A DNA stretch of 64,000 nt. Origin: Dehalococcoidia bacterium (GTDB lineage Bacteria; Chloroflexota; Dehalococcoidia; GIF9; UBA5629). Below the pieces are notes generated by a model. It was not told the DNA's origin. It was given only the letters and a program-made list of their open reading frames with translations, and did not search any database. The DNA lies in assembly GCA_050011565.1 (NCBI GenBank), contig JBEKIW010000001.1, positions 288,001 to 352,000 of the forward strand, written 5' to 3'. Shown one piece after another: positions 1-8,725 of the stretch (its first letter is position 1; every line of letters begins with the position of its first letter). Both the position numbers and the translations under genes were made by a program.

Positions 1-466
1 TGTTCCAGCCAAAACCCGGTCCCTGGAACTGGTTTGTGGCATCTGTATACCATTGCTGACTCAAATAATACAGAGCCTGATTCCATCCAGCCCACATCTG
101 GTTCATCCATGCGGAGCTCCTGGGATTGATACACGGTCCAAGAGCTGTCTGGTTAGTGATTCCAAGTTGAAAACCGGTCTTAAAGGTAGGTGCTGGCAAA
201 GGAGGCGTATAAGGGCAGGACCAGTTGAGCGTACGACTGTCCTTCATGTCCACGTTCATCGCGTACAGGACCAAGTCGCCAGCAGTTAAGTTAAACGTTG
301 CTGGAAACACTGTCCCTGAACCACCACACCACTCCCCTACCCCTGTCGTTATCGATCCTCCAGGAAACACAAAGGAACCGTCTGCCTTCACCGGGCTTGC
401 CGGCGCTAGGCTGAAGCTTAGCGACAGCACCAAGGCAAATAAAATGCTAAAAATCTTCTTTTTCAC
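1..466 (-). CDS. Secreted protein, 3'-truncated by the window edge (not in ORF track)
   Basis: Manual translation from GTG at 466 (GGAGG RBS at 474-478): MKKKIFSILFALVLSLSFSLAPASPVKA|DGSFVFPGG..., a typical Sec signal peptide. The frame stays open to position 1. Confidence 0.8.
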   Translation of the reverse strand, partial: MKKKIFSILFALVLSLSFSLAPASPVKADGSFVFPGGSITTGVGEWCGGSGTVFPATFNLTAGDLVLYAMNVDMKDSRTLNWSCPYTPPLPAPTFKTGFQLGITNQTALGPCINPRSSAWMNQMWAGWNQALYYLSQQWYTDATNQFQGPGFGWN

Positions 467-530
467 TCTGAAACCTCCGGCTATTTGATTTCGATAAAAG
501 CCACTTATACCTTTTCCCCTTTTTCCGAAT

Positions 531-561
531 AAAAAAACCGACCGCTAAAATGGGTCGGTTT
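531..561 (-). terminator. Intrinsic terminator overlapping the 3' end of the riboswitch
   Basis: Minus strand AAACCGACC-CATTTTAGC-GGTCGGTTT followed by a T-run, upstream of the 466 start codon. Confidence 0.8.
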
Positions 562-625
562 CACTACTGGCTCGGCATCAGCCAAGTGACCAAATTGCGG
601 CTGGTGCTTCATCGCCCCACCCTCC
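548..625 (-). ncRNA. c-di-GMP-II riboswitch
   Basis: Minus strand GGGGCGATGAAGCACCAGCCGCAATTTGGTCACTTGGCTGATGCCGAGCCAGTAGTGAAACCGACC matches the class II pattern (ATGAA...TGGkCACTTG...GAGyyAGTAGTGmAACCGACC). It lies in a 5' leader with an overlapping terminator. Confidence 0.8.
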
Positions 626-963
626 TACGTTGTAGTGTTTATAAATTATTGTTAGTTAATCACCTACCTGTCGGCTCGTTTCGGAAACTGCTTTGAGCCG
701 TGTTGGAATTCATCCAAACAGAATCCCCAGTGTATGTTTGAGTACATATTCGCATAGTATCAATTGTTTGTCAATAGGATTTACATGATTTTTTCATTAA
801 AACTTCACCGAATCTTCACATTTCTGGCCATTTGGGGCAGATTTATCGCAGGGAATCACCCGTTTAGGAATTAGTACTAGTTTACAGCGTGACTAAACTA
901 CGCGTCAAAACGTGACCTACGGGTGATTCGGAAAAAGACCAGACCGTATACACTAGTTTTGAT

Positions 964-1980
964 ATGGCCAGCGTTAAGTTTACATTGTTATTGCTTGTCC
1001 TCCTTTGCTCCCTGGCAACTTTTGCATTAATGCCGGCTGTGCAAAATATCTCTGACGCATCAGGCACTGTAGCTGTTCTCCCTTCAGAGTTTGAATCTAG
1101 CGCTCATGAATCAGCGGTAATGGCTGCGAATGGTGATTATTCGGGTAGGCAATGGGCTATACCGAAGATTATGGCGCCTCAGGCCTGGGAAGTTACATCA
1201 GGGGCAAACAACGTGGTCATCGCCGTATTGGATACGGGCATCGACAAGCAGCAGGAGGACCTCGTGGGCAAAGTGATAGCCGAAGTGAATTTCACGGACA
1301 GCCTAACGACTGACGATATATATGGCCACGGGACACATATAGCCGGCGTCATCGCCGCATGGGCGGGGAGCGGTGCCGGTGTTGCCGGTTTAGCACCTGA
1401 TTGTCGCTTAATGAACGTCAAAGTAGCTGATGACCAGGGCAGGTTCGATAGTTCGGTGGCAGCCAGGGGCGTTATCTGGGCAGTGGACCACGGCGCCAAT
1501 GTCATAAATATGAGTCTGGTTAGCACCGAGCCATCACCAAGATTAGAGGAAGCAATCAACTATGCCTGGAACCAGGGAGCCGTGGTGATAGCTGCGGCTG
1601 GCAACCTTGTAGGTGACAAGATAGTATATCCGGCCTACTATTCGAATTGTATTGCCGTGGCGGCCACCGACAGTAACGATTGTGTGGCCTCGTGGTCGAG
1701 TCAAGGAGATTGGGTGGATGTGGCTGCTCCCGGCGTAGATATCTATTCTACACTGCCTGATAACAAATATGGTAGCAAGAGCGGCACTTCGATGGCCGCA
1801 GCCCATGTATCCGGATTGGCCGGCCTGCTCTTTGCGTTAGAGAAAGATAGGAATAACGACGGCCTTGTCAATGACGAGGTTAGAGCCGCCATTGAGAATG
1901 GCTGTGACGGACTTACCGGTGCTGTTAAAGGGCGCATTAATGCTTTCCATGCCGTAAGCAACGCATTAACCTCCAATTAG
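964..1980 (+). CDS. Secreted S8 subtilisin-like serine protease
   Basis: Triad motifs AVLDTG, HGTHIAG and GTSMAAAHVSG; oxyanion AAAGN; hydrophobic N-terminus. Confidence 0.95.
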   Translation: MASVKFTLLLLVLLCSLATFALMPAVQNISDASGTVAVLPSEFESSAHESAVMAANGDYSGRQWAIPKIMAPQAWEVTSGANNVVIAVLDTGIDKQQEDLVGKVIAEVNFTDSLTTDDIYGHGTHIAGVIAAWAGSGAGVAGLAPDCRLMNVKVADDQGRFDSSVAARGVIWAVDHGANVINMSLVSTEPSPRLEEAINYAWNQGAVVIAAAGNLVGDKIVYPAYYSNCIAVAATDSNDCVASWSSQGDWVDVAAPGVDIYSTLPDNKYGSKSGTSMAAAHVSGLAGLLFALEKDRNNDGLVNDEVRAAIENGCDGLTGAVKGRINAFHAVSNALTSN

Positions 1981-2035
1981 CCAGAACGAAGCAATCTCGA
2001 CACTGTTTACCTCCCGAGATTGCTTCGTTCTGGCT
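1979..2035. repeat. 21-bp perfect inverted repeat (REP-like GAAGCAATCT hairpin; possible terminator)
   Basis: AGCCAGAACGAAGCAATCTCG (1979-1999) pairs with CGAGATTGCTTCGTTCTGGCT (2015-2035), directly after the protease stop. Confidence 0.75.
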
Positions 2036-2069
2036 TTCTCTACAGTATAACGGTGGATAGACTTTAGTC

Positions 2070-2099
2070 TTTACAATTTCATCGCCCCGGCAGTATAAT
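2070..2099 (+). promoter_or_regulatory. sigma70-type promoter for a leaderless cca transcript
   Basis: TTTACA-18 nt-TATAAT, ending 8 nt before the ATG at 2108. Confidence 0.55.
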
Positions 2100-2107
2100 C
2101 TGGGGCG

Positions 2108-3625
2108 ATGTCAAAAATGAATCAAGACCTGCTTGGTCTACTGGCCAAGGTATCCGATATTCTCACCCAGCTAAACTGCCCCGCTTATATAGTCGGTGGC
2201 TTCGTTCGCGACTGGCTGCTGGGCAGGAAGACAGACGATATCGATATTGCCGTAAAAGGTGACGCCTTGAGCATAGCTCAGCAAGTAGCCAGAGCCATCG
2301 ATGGAAAATATGTTTTGCTTGATGAAACCAATAAGATAGCTCGGGTGGTTATTACCGGCGAGAACCTCTGGCACCTGGACTTCACCTCTTTTTCAAACGA
2401 TATACAGGACGACCTGGCACGGCGCGATTTCACCATCGATGCCATGGCGGTTGAGCTTCAAGCTCTGATTTTCGGTTCACCTAAACTCATTGACCCATTC
2501 TCGGGAAAAAGCGATCTGAAGAAGAAGTTAATCCGCGCTGTAAGTCAACGGATTTTTATCGACGATGCGGCCAGGCTGCTTCGGGCTGTCAGATTAGCCG
2601 CTGAGCTTGGCTTCAAGATTGCGCCCGCAACCGAAAGTCTGATTAGAAAAGATTGCCAACTAGCCAGGCTGGTACCAGGTGAGCGGGTGCGAGAAGAGCT
2701 GGTGAGGTTGTTGGCCCTACCCGGTTCTGCCGCGTCGATACGCTATCTGGATAAATTGGGTTTACTTATCGCGATAATTCCAGAACTACAAGAGCTGAAA
2801 GGAGCCAGGCAGCCGAAGGAGCACTATTGGGATGTCTTCAACCATTCAGTGGAGACCGTGGCAACGGCCGAATTATTGCTGCGAGAGAGCAAGTGGAAAT
2901 ATGGTGAGGACGATTTGTTAACCGCAACCCCGTGGTCGGAAGAGATAAGTCGGCATTTCGATGAAGAGGTGTCCAGCGGCAGCAATCGCAGGCTGCTGCT
3001 TAAGCTGGGCGCGCTGATGCATGATATCGCTAAACCGGCGACCAGGACAGTTGATGAAACGGGCAGGACACGTTTTTTAGGTCATGGAAAAGAGGGCGCG
3101 GCTATAGCAGTTACAGTTTTGGAAAGGCTGCGGTTCAGTAGTCGGGAGACAAGATTGGTGGAGAATCTGATTTATCACCATCTCCGTCCGGCTCAGATGG
3201 CTAACGACGGTCTGCCTACCAGCCGGGCAGTTTATCGTTACTTTCGTGATACCGAGGGTGCGGGAATCGATGTATTATTTATAGCCCTGGCTGATTATCT
3301 GGCTACGCATGGTCCGAAACTTGACATTGAAGAATGGAAACAGCATAATCTGTTGATTAGTTTTATACTGACTGAGCATTCCAGGCAAGAAACTAAGGTT
3401 TTGCCGGTCAAGTTGATAGATGGTCACGATTTAATGGATATATTCGGCTTGAGGCCGGGGCGTTTGCTGGGCGAGCTTTTGGCCGAGGTGCGAGAGTCTC
3501 AAGCGGCTGAAGAACTGAGTACCAGAGACGAAGCTCTGGAACTGGTGCGCAAAGAATTGGAGAAACGGCAGGCGGCACGGCCTGTTGAGATTATGCAACC
3601 AAATCAAATTGATAGAAACAGGTAG
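2108..3625 (+). CDS. cca: CCA tRNA nucleotidyltransferase / poly(A) polymerase family with HD domain
   Basis: VGGFVRD..DIDI, RRDFTIDAMA, D..RLLRAVR, ERVREEL and HDIAKP motifs. Confidence 0.9.
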   Translation: MSKMNQDLLGLLAKVSDILTQLNCPAYIVGGFVRDWLLGRKTDDIDIAVKGDALSIAQQVARAIDGKYVLLDETNKIARVVITGENLWHLDFTSFSNDIQDDLARRDFTIDAMAVELQALIFGSPKLIDPFSGKSDLKKKLIRAVSQRIFIDDAARLLRAVRLAAELGFKIAPATESLIRKDCQLARLVPGERVREELVRLLALPGSAASIRYLDKLGLLIAIIPELQELKGARQPKEHYWDVFNHSVETVATAELLLRESKWKYGEDDLLTATPWSEEISRHFDEEVSSGSNRRLLLKLGALMHDIAKPATRTVDETGRTRFLGHGKEGAAIAVTVLERLRFSSRETRLVENLIYHHLRPAQMANDGLPTSRAVYRYFRDTEGAGIDVLFIALADYLATHGPKLDIEEWKQHNLLISFILTEHSRQETKVLPVKLIDGHDLMDIFGLRPGRLLGELLAEVRESQAAEELSTRDEALELVRKELEKRQAARPVEIMQPNQIDRNR

Positions 3626-3639
3626 TTACAGGTAGTTAA

Positions 3640-4974
3640 TTGAGAAGAGGAAATACACCCTTACTAATTTTTATACTGGTTCTATTCGGTTTCTGCCTGT
3701 GGGTGATATGGCCGGGCAATGGCATATTTGGCAGGAATGAGTTCACCTTAGGGCTTGACCTCAAGGGAGGCAGCCATCTGGTTTACAGCATTGACCTGTC
3801 CAAGAAGGACCCGGCACAGTCAAATGCTGATGTCATCGATGGTGTAAAACAGAAAATCGAGCGCCGAGTTAATGCGTATGGTGTAACCGAGCCTATAGTC
3901 CAGTCGATTAATAATGAACGGGGTAGCTTTGTTCTTGTTCAACTTCCGGGAGTCACGGACATCGACCAGGCACTTAAGCTTATTGGTCAGACGGCTGAGC
4001 TTGATTTCAGAGAACGCGTGGTCGATTCCAGCGGCAATCCGGTGCTTGATGAAAATGGCAATCCGGAGTGGGTCATTGCTAAAGCTAAAGGCAGCGACGG
4101 ACAGGAAAGGGAGCTTGCCGGCAAGTATCTAAAGCCGAATGCCCAGGTGGTTTTAACGCCGCAGACTAACGAGCCTGAAGTGGCTTTCGAATGGAACTCT
4201 GAAGGCGCCGTCCTGTTTGAACAGATTACCCAGCGCAATCTGCAGAAACCACTGGGCATATTCCTGGATAACCAGCTTATCTCGGCGCCAACGGTGCAAT
4301 CCGTGATTAAGGAGAAAGGCGTTATTACCGGTCTTAATTTAGAAGCAGCCAAAACACTAGCTATACAGCTTAACTCGGGCTCTCTGGATGTCCCCCTGAC
4401 TCTGGTTGAACGCAGAGATATTGGGGCTACTCTGGGGGAGGATTCTCTAAAGAAAAGTCTTCAGGCCGGGATAATCGGGTCGGCCATGGTGATTATATTT
4501 ATGATTGCCTATTACCGTTTCTCGGGTCTCATGGCCTGCCTGGCACTGATAGTTTACGTGGTTTTGAACCTGGCTATTTTTAAGTTAATTCCGGTAGTTT
4601 TGACGCTTCCCGGTATTGCCGGTTTTCTGGTATCGGTAGGCATGGGAGTAGATGGCAATGTCCTTGTAGCCGAGCGTCTGAAAGAAGAATTGAGACGCGG
4701 GCGTACTCTTGGGGCGGCGATAGAAGAGGGCTTCCGCCAGTCCTGGTCAGCCATTCTTGATGCTAATGTAACCGTTTTTATCGCTTGTGCCGTCCTTTAC
4801 TGGTTGGGAAATACCTTCGGCAATTTTTTGGTTCTGGGTTTTGCTACAACTCTGTTCATCGGTACGGCCTTGAGCATGTTTACACAGGTTGTGGTTACCC
4901 GGACTTTCCTGCGTACCATTGTTGGGCTCGGCATGGCTAAAAGCCCGGGCGCTTATGGAGTAGCGAAGCAATGA
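3640..4974 (+). CDS. secD: Protein translocase subunit SecD
   Basis: LGLDLKGG, IERRVN, LTLPGIAG..VGMGVDGNV motifs; 6-TM pattern. Confidence 0.97.
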   Translation: MRRGNTPLLIFILVLFGFCLWVIWPGNGIFGRNEFTLGLDLKGGSHLVYSIDLSKKDPAQSNADVIDGVKQKIERRVNAYGVTEPIVQSINNERGSFVLVQLPGVTDIDQALKLIGQTAELDFRERVVDSSGNPVLDENGNPEWVIAKAKGSDGQERELAGKYLKPNAQVVLTPQTNEPEVAFEWNSEGAVLFEQITQRNLQKPLGIFLDNQLISAPTVQSVIKEKGVITGLNLEAAKTLAIQLNSGSLDVPLTLVERRDIGATLGEDSLKKSLQAGIIGSAMVIIFMIAYYRFSGLMACLALIVYVVLNLAIFKLIPVVLTLPGIAGFLVSVGMGVDGNVLVAERLKEELRRGRTLGAAIEEGFRQSWSAILDANVTVFIACAVLYWLGNTFGNFLVLGFATTLFIGTALSMFTQVVVTRTFLRTIVGLGMAKSPGAYGVAKQ

Positions 4975-5879
4975 TTGATTTGGTGGGTAAAAGAAACTGG
5001 TTTTTCCTTATCTCGGCCATTGTAATCATTCCCGGCATAATCTCATTGGCGGTCTTCGGTCTTAAACCGGGAGTAGATTTCAGCAGCGGCACAGCTATGA
5101 CCTTACACTTCGATAAGGCGGTGGAGTTAGCCCAGGTACGTCAGCAGCTAACCACCCTGGGTTTTGACCAGGCTGTTGTTCAGCCGGCTGGCGAAGGTGA
5201 TTTCTTTATTCGACTCCCGGAATTATCCACTGAGCAAACAACCAAGCTCAAGGACAGTTTGCAGACCGGGTTAGATACTACAATTACGATTAGTAGCCTT
5301 TACTCTGTTTCGCCGACTGTAGCTGCCGGGACAGTGCGCAACACTTTCATCGCTGTGGTTGTGGCTGCCATAGGCATCTTGCTATATATTTCCTGGGCAT
5401 TTCGTAAAATGCCTAACCCCATACGGTGGGGTACCTGCGCTATTATTGCTCTGGCGCATGACCTGGTAGTGGTTGTCGCTGTATTCTCCATTTTGGGATG
5501 GGCGGCCGGCCTGGAAGTCGATGCCTTGTTTGTCACGGGTGTTCTGGCAGTTGTCGGCGTCAGCGTGAATAATATCGTGGTTGTGTTCGACCGCATTCGA
5601 GAGAACAACAAGAGAGGTGTGAGCCGTGACTTCGCGGTGGTGGCAAACTACGGCATCGTTGAGTCGTTAGGTCGTTCTCTGAATACGGGTCTGGCTACTC
5701 TTTTTGTTATAGTGGCGCTTTATCTGCTGGGTGGAGTGACTACTCATACTCTGGTGCTGGCGCTTATGATTGGCATAGCTACTGGAATCTATTCTTCCCT
5801 GTGCATTGCCGGGCAGCTTTTGGTAGTTTGGGAAAAGGGCCTCTCTCCTCGGAAAAAGGAAGCCACGAGCACCGCCTAA
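4971..5879 (+). CDS. secF: Protein translocase subunit SecF
   Basis: GVDFSSGT, HD and VVVFDRIREN motifs; overlaps the secD stop. Confidence 0.97.
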   Translation: MIDLVGKRNWFFLISAIVIIPGIISLAVFGLKPGVDFSSGTAMTLHFDKAVELAQVRQQLTTLGFDQAVVQPAGEGDFFIRLPELSTEQTTKLKDSLQTGLDTTITISSLYSVSPTVAAGTVRNTFIAVVVAAIGILLYISWAFRKMPNPIRWGTCAIIALAHDLVVVVAVFSILGWAAGLEVDALFVTGVLAVVGVSVNNIVVVFDRIRENNKRGVSRDFAVVANYGIVESLGRSLNTGLATLFVIVALYLLGGVTTHTLVLALMIGIATGIYSSLCIAGQLLVVWEKGLSPRKKEATSTA

Positions 5880-5924
5880 ACATAAACGCTGCCTACCTTC
5901 TGCCGACTCGAACATTAATCAAGA

Positions 5925-6956
5925 CTATATCTGGTGAATCTCCTTCACCATTTTTATGAAATTGTCAAAGCTCACGGGTCTTGACCTTGCCTCCTTTTTG
6001 CCCAAAGGGTCGGCAATTTGATTGTTTCCGCGAAGAATATCAAGTGTAGCAGCCACAGATAGAGACAAGGCTTCAAGGTTATAGCCACCTTCCAGCATAA
6101 AAACCATGCGCCCTTGACATAACATATCGGCTAAGGTCTTAATAATTTCTGTCAACCTGGCAAAACCTGAGACGCTTAGCTGCATTGACGCCAGGCTGTC
6201 AGCCCAGTGGGCATCGTAACCGGCGGAGACCATGATTAGCTGCGGCTCGAAGCGCTTAGCCACCGGTGCCAGGATATCTTCGAAAACTGTCTGATATTCA
6301 TCGTCACCCCAGCCGGCCAGCAGGGGAACGTTGACGGTAAACCCTTCGCCATCTCTGGCTCCGGTCTCATCGATGCTGCCCGTTCCTGGATAAAACGGGT
6401 ATTCATGCGTGGAGAAATAAAGGACATGCTGGTCAGCATAGAACGTATCTTGTGTGCCATTGCCATGGTGGACATCGAAATCAATAATAAGTATTCGATT
6501 GATATCGAAGTTGGCTAGGGCGTACTTGGCGGCTACAGCTATGTTGTTAAATATACAGAAGCCCATAGCTTGCCAGCATGTAGCATGGTGCCCGGGCGGC
6601 CTGACCAGGGCGAAAGCGCTATTGACCTGTCTGTTCATCACCGCATCAAGCGCTGTCAAAGCACCGCCGGCAGCGTACACGGCCGCATTGTATGAGCCCG
6701 GCGACGTTACGGTATCAGGGTCGAGCCAACCACCGCCTCTTTCCGTTTGGCTTTGAATTCTAGAGATATATTCGGGTGCGTGCACAGCTGCTAATTCATT
6801 AATAGTGGCGGCACGTGGTGACAGCGAGACAAGTTTGTCTTTCAGGTGGGTCTCCTCCAGAAGGGACATGGTGGTTGTCAGCCTTTGGCTGTTCTCGACA
6901 TGCGTCCCGGTATCGTGTTCCAGATAGACCGGGTCGTAAATCAGGCCGACTCTCAT
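5925..6956 (-). CDS. Zn-dependent histone-deacetylase-family protein (AcuC/APAH-like)
   Basis: RPPGHHA, GFCIFNN, DFDVHHGNGTQ, SAGYDAH and LEGGY motifs. Confidence 0.93.
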   Translation of the reverse strand: MRVGLIYDPVYLEHDTGTHVENSQRLTTTMSLLEETHLKDKLVSLSPRAATINELAAVHAPEYISRIQSQTERGGGWLDPDTVTSPGSYNAAVYAAGGALTALDAVMNRQVNSAFALVRPPGHHATCWQAMGFCIFNNIAVAAKYALANFDINRILIIDFDVHHGNGTQDTFYADQHVLYFSTHEYPFYPGTGSIDETGARDGEGFTVNVPLLAGWGDDEYQTVFEDILAPVAKRFEPQLIMVSAGYDAHWADSLASMQLSVSGFARLTEIIKTLADMLCQGRMVFMLEGGYNLEALSLSVAATLDILRGNNQIADPLGKKEARSRPVSFDNFIKMVKEIHQI

Positions 6957-7111
6957 TGCTATTTTGCCCTTTGAAATTTGCTGGGAAGCAATCTATGAAA
7001 AAGAGCATATCTATGATAGCAAAGCTGGACATAATGGGCAATAGATTGCCTCTCAAGATGACAGAAATATGTGGTTTAACTAATGTACCGGACGAGTAGG
7101 TTCTCTTGCAT

Positions 7112-7948
7112 TTAGGTTGTTTTGCCATTTTTACTCACATAATCAACCAATTCTATCCACGTTTTGAAGGGCATTTTTAAACCCGCAGCGAAAGCTGGTG
7201 TCTGGTTATCGAGCGCCATGTGCGGGCGAAGGAAGTTATAGTGAACGATAAAGCCCTCGGAGATTGTTTTGGCAGTTTCCATTGTCTTTAAGCCTCTCAT
7301 AACTTTTGTTCGTTCCTTAACTGTGCCTTGAAACCTCTCAATAATGTTCGTGTTTATTTCGGCTGTAACTCCCTTAGCCCTGATGTGCTTACTATCTGCA
7401 CCGAAAACCTGCTCAATGGCGTCAGGGTAAGCTCCCATGCCGTCTGAGACAATGTAGCTCGGCGTACCTATAACTCGGTCTCTGGCTTCGCTGAGTATCG
7501 CTATGGCTGACCGCATGTTCCGAGTTTGGGTTAAATGAGTAGCCAGTAAGAAGCGAGTTCTCGCCTCAATGACATCCCACAGCCAGACATTCCTACCCGC
7601 TACCTTAATCATGGTTTCATCGATAATCCAACGCCAAGATGTCTTTATCTTGGTTTTCTCGGTTATCCCTTGTGCTAGTGTGGAGAATTTGATTACCCAG
7701 CGCCAGACTGTCACGGGGTCTGCTTTTATACCCTCGGTAACCAGTAAATGACGGCTGATGTCGGCTAGAGATAGCCCATCGTAGAATAAGCCCATTGATT
7801 CACCTACTGTAGCTGCATTGAAGCGCATACCTTCAAGTGCCAGACGGCCTGAGAATTTACGATGGCAGTTATTGCACTTGTAGTACTGAAAGCCAGCCTT
7901 AGAGCCGTATTTCATGGTGCGGGGTGAATTACAGAATTTGCAGTTCAT
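7112..7948 (-). CDS. IS6-family DDE transposase with N-terminal Zn ribbon
   Basis: CxxC..CxxC, WIIDET, IVSDG..Y, NIIERFQGTVKERTKVMRG and YNFLRPH motifs. Confidence 0.9.
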   Translation of the reverse strand: MNCKFCNSPRTMKYGSKAGFQYYKCNNCHRKFSGRLALEGMRFNAATVGESMGLFYDGLSLADISRHLLVTEGIKADPVTVWRWVIKFSTLAQGITEKTKIKTSWRWIIDETMIKVAGRNVWLWDVIEARTRFLLATHLTQTRNMRSAIAILSEARDRVIGTPSYIVSDGMGAYPDAIEQVFGADSKHIRAKGVTAEINTNIIERFQGTVKERTKVMRGLKTMETAKTISEGFIVHYNFLRPHMALDNQTPAFAAGLKMPFKTWIELVDYVSKNGKTT

Positions 7949-8553
7949 GCCGTTATATTGGGTTTACCATCCTTAATATATTTGGCAAATACTCTCTGAT
8001 AAAGTATTTCACCATCCTCCTCTATTATTCGAAGTGTCATCTTCCAATCACCTATTAAATCAATGTCCCATACGGTATCTAAAGGCTGCAAATTGTCCGT
8101 CATTCCCTTACGGTACATCACAGCAATGGTTTTCGGGTATTCACTCGAAAATAAAGAAAACATGGTATTTCTATCATCAATGTTTGATGTGACTTCATAG
8201 ACATTCCCCGTAACAATAGCTCTATTATTTTCAAATACAGCCTTTGCAAATAGTTTTAAAGATAATTTCCCTAACCCAGGCAACCAGTGACCGATTTTAG
8301 TTTTTACATCAAATGTCCAAAATGACTGTTGCCGATTATTAGCTTTTGGGTTAACATTCGGCGTCACTTTTATATTCCTGCGCATTCGCTTTAATGCATG
8401 GTTGCGTATTAAAACACCCGCCCAATTAGCTGCCATGCTCGACCCCCAGCCAAGAATAAAAGCCGCAATTAACGAAAACCAGGGCATAATATGCCTCCAC
8501 CCACGTGCAGCACCTACTAATAGACCGCTGACCATATATACAGTTTCTCTCAT
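7945..8553 (-). CDS. Hypothetical passenger protein with N-terminal TM segment (AT-rich)
   Basis: GGAGGAGG RBS before the ATG at 8553. Its stop overlaps the transposase start (ATGA). It lies inside the TIRs. Confidence 0.7.
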   Translation of the reverse strand: MRETVYMVSGLLVGAARGWRHIMPWFSLIAAFILGWGSSMAANWAGVLIRNHALKRMRRNIKVTPNVNPKANNRQQSFWTFDVKTKIGHWLPGLGKLSLKLFAKAVFENNRAIVTGNVYEVTSNIDDRNTMFSLFSSEYPKTIAVMYRKGMTDNLQPLDTVWDIDLIGDWKMTLRIIEEDGEILYQRVFAKYIKDGKPNITA

Positions 8554-8725
8554 TTTGTACCTCCTCCGCCCCACCATACCACCGCCTAAATTTATTCACA
8601 ACCCCCTCCGCAAGAGAACCCACGAGTAAGTAATCTTGAACAAGCAGTAAAAATAGCATATAATAACCTCGTATAACTAGGCATTTTCCCGGATAACCAA
8701 GCGCTCTGGACTACAGGAGGCATTT

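Larger units (their letters stand above)
7099..8620 (-). mobile_element. IS6-family insertion sequence carrying a passenger gene (~1.5 kb)
   Basis: 11-bp TIRs GGTTCTCTTGC (7099-7109) and GCAAGAGAACC (8610-8620), resembling IS257/IS1216 ends GGTTCTGTTGC. Flanked by GACGAGTA (7091-7098) and CACGAGTA (8621-8628), an 8-bp target duplication with 1 mismatch. Confidence 0.85.

Noticed and set aside
53-488. Plus-strand ORFs 53-289 and 225-488
   Set aside because: Shadows of the minus-strand signal-peptide gene, which has an RBS and a riboswitch leader.
608-2088. Shared 11-mer TTCATCGCCCC in the riboswitch and the cca promoter
   Set aside because: No further similarity around it; likely coincidence.
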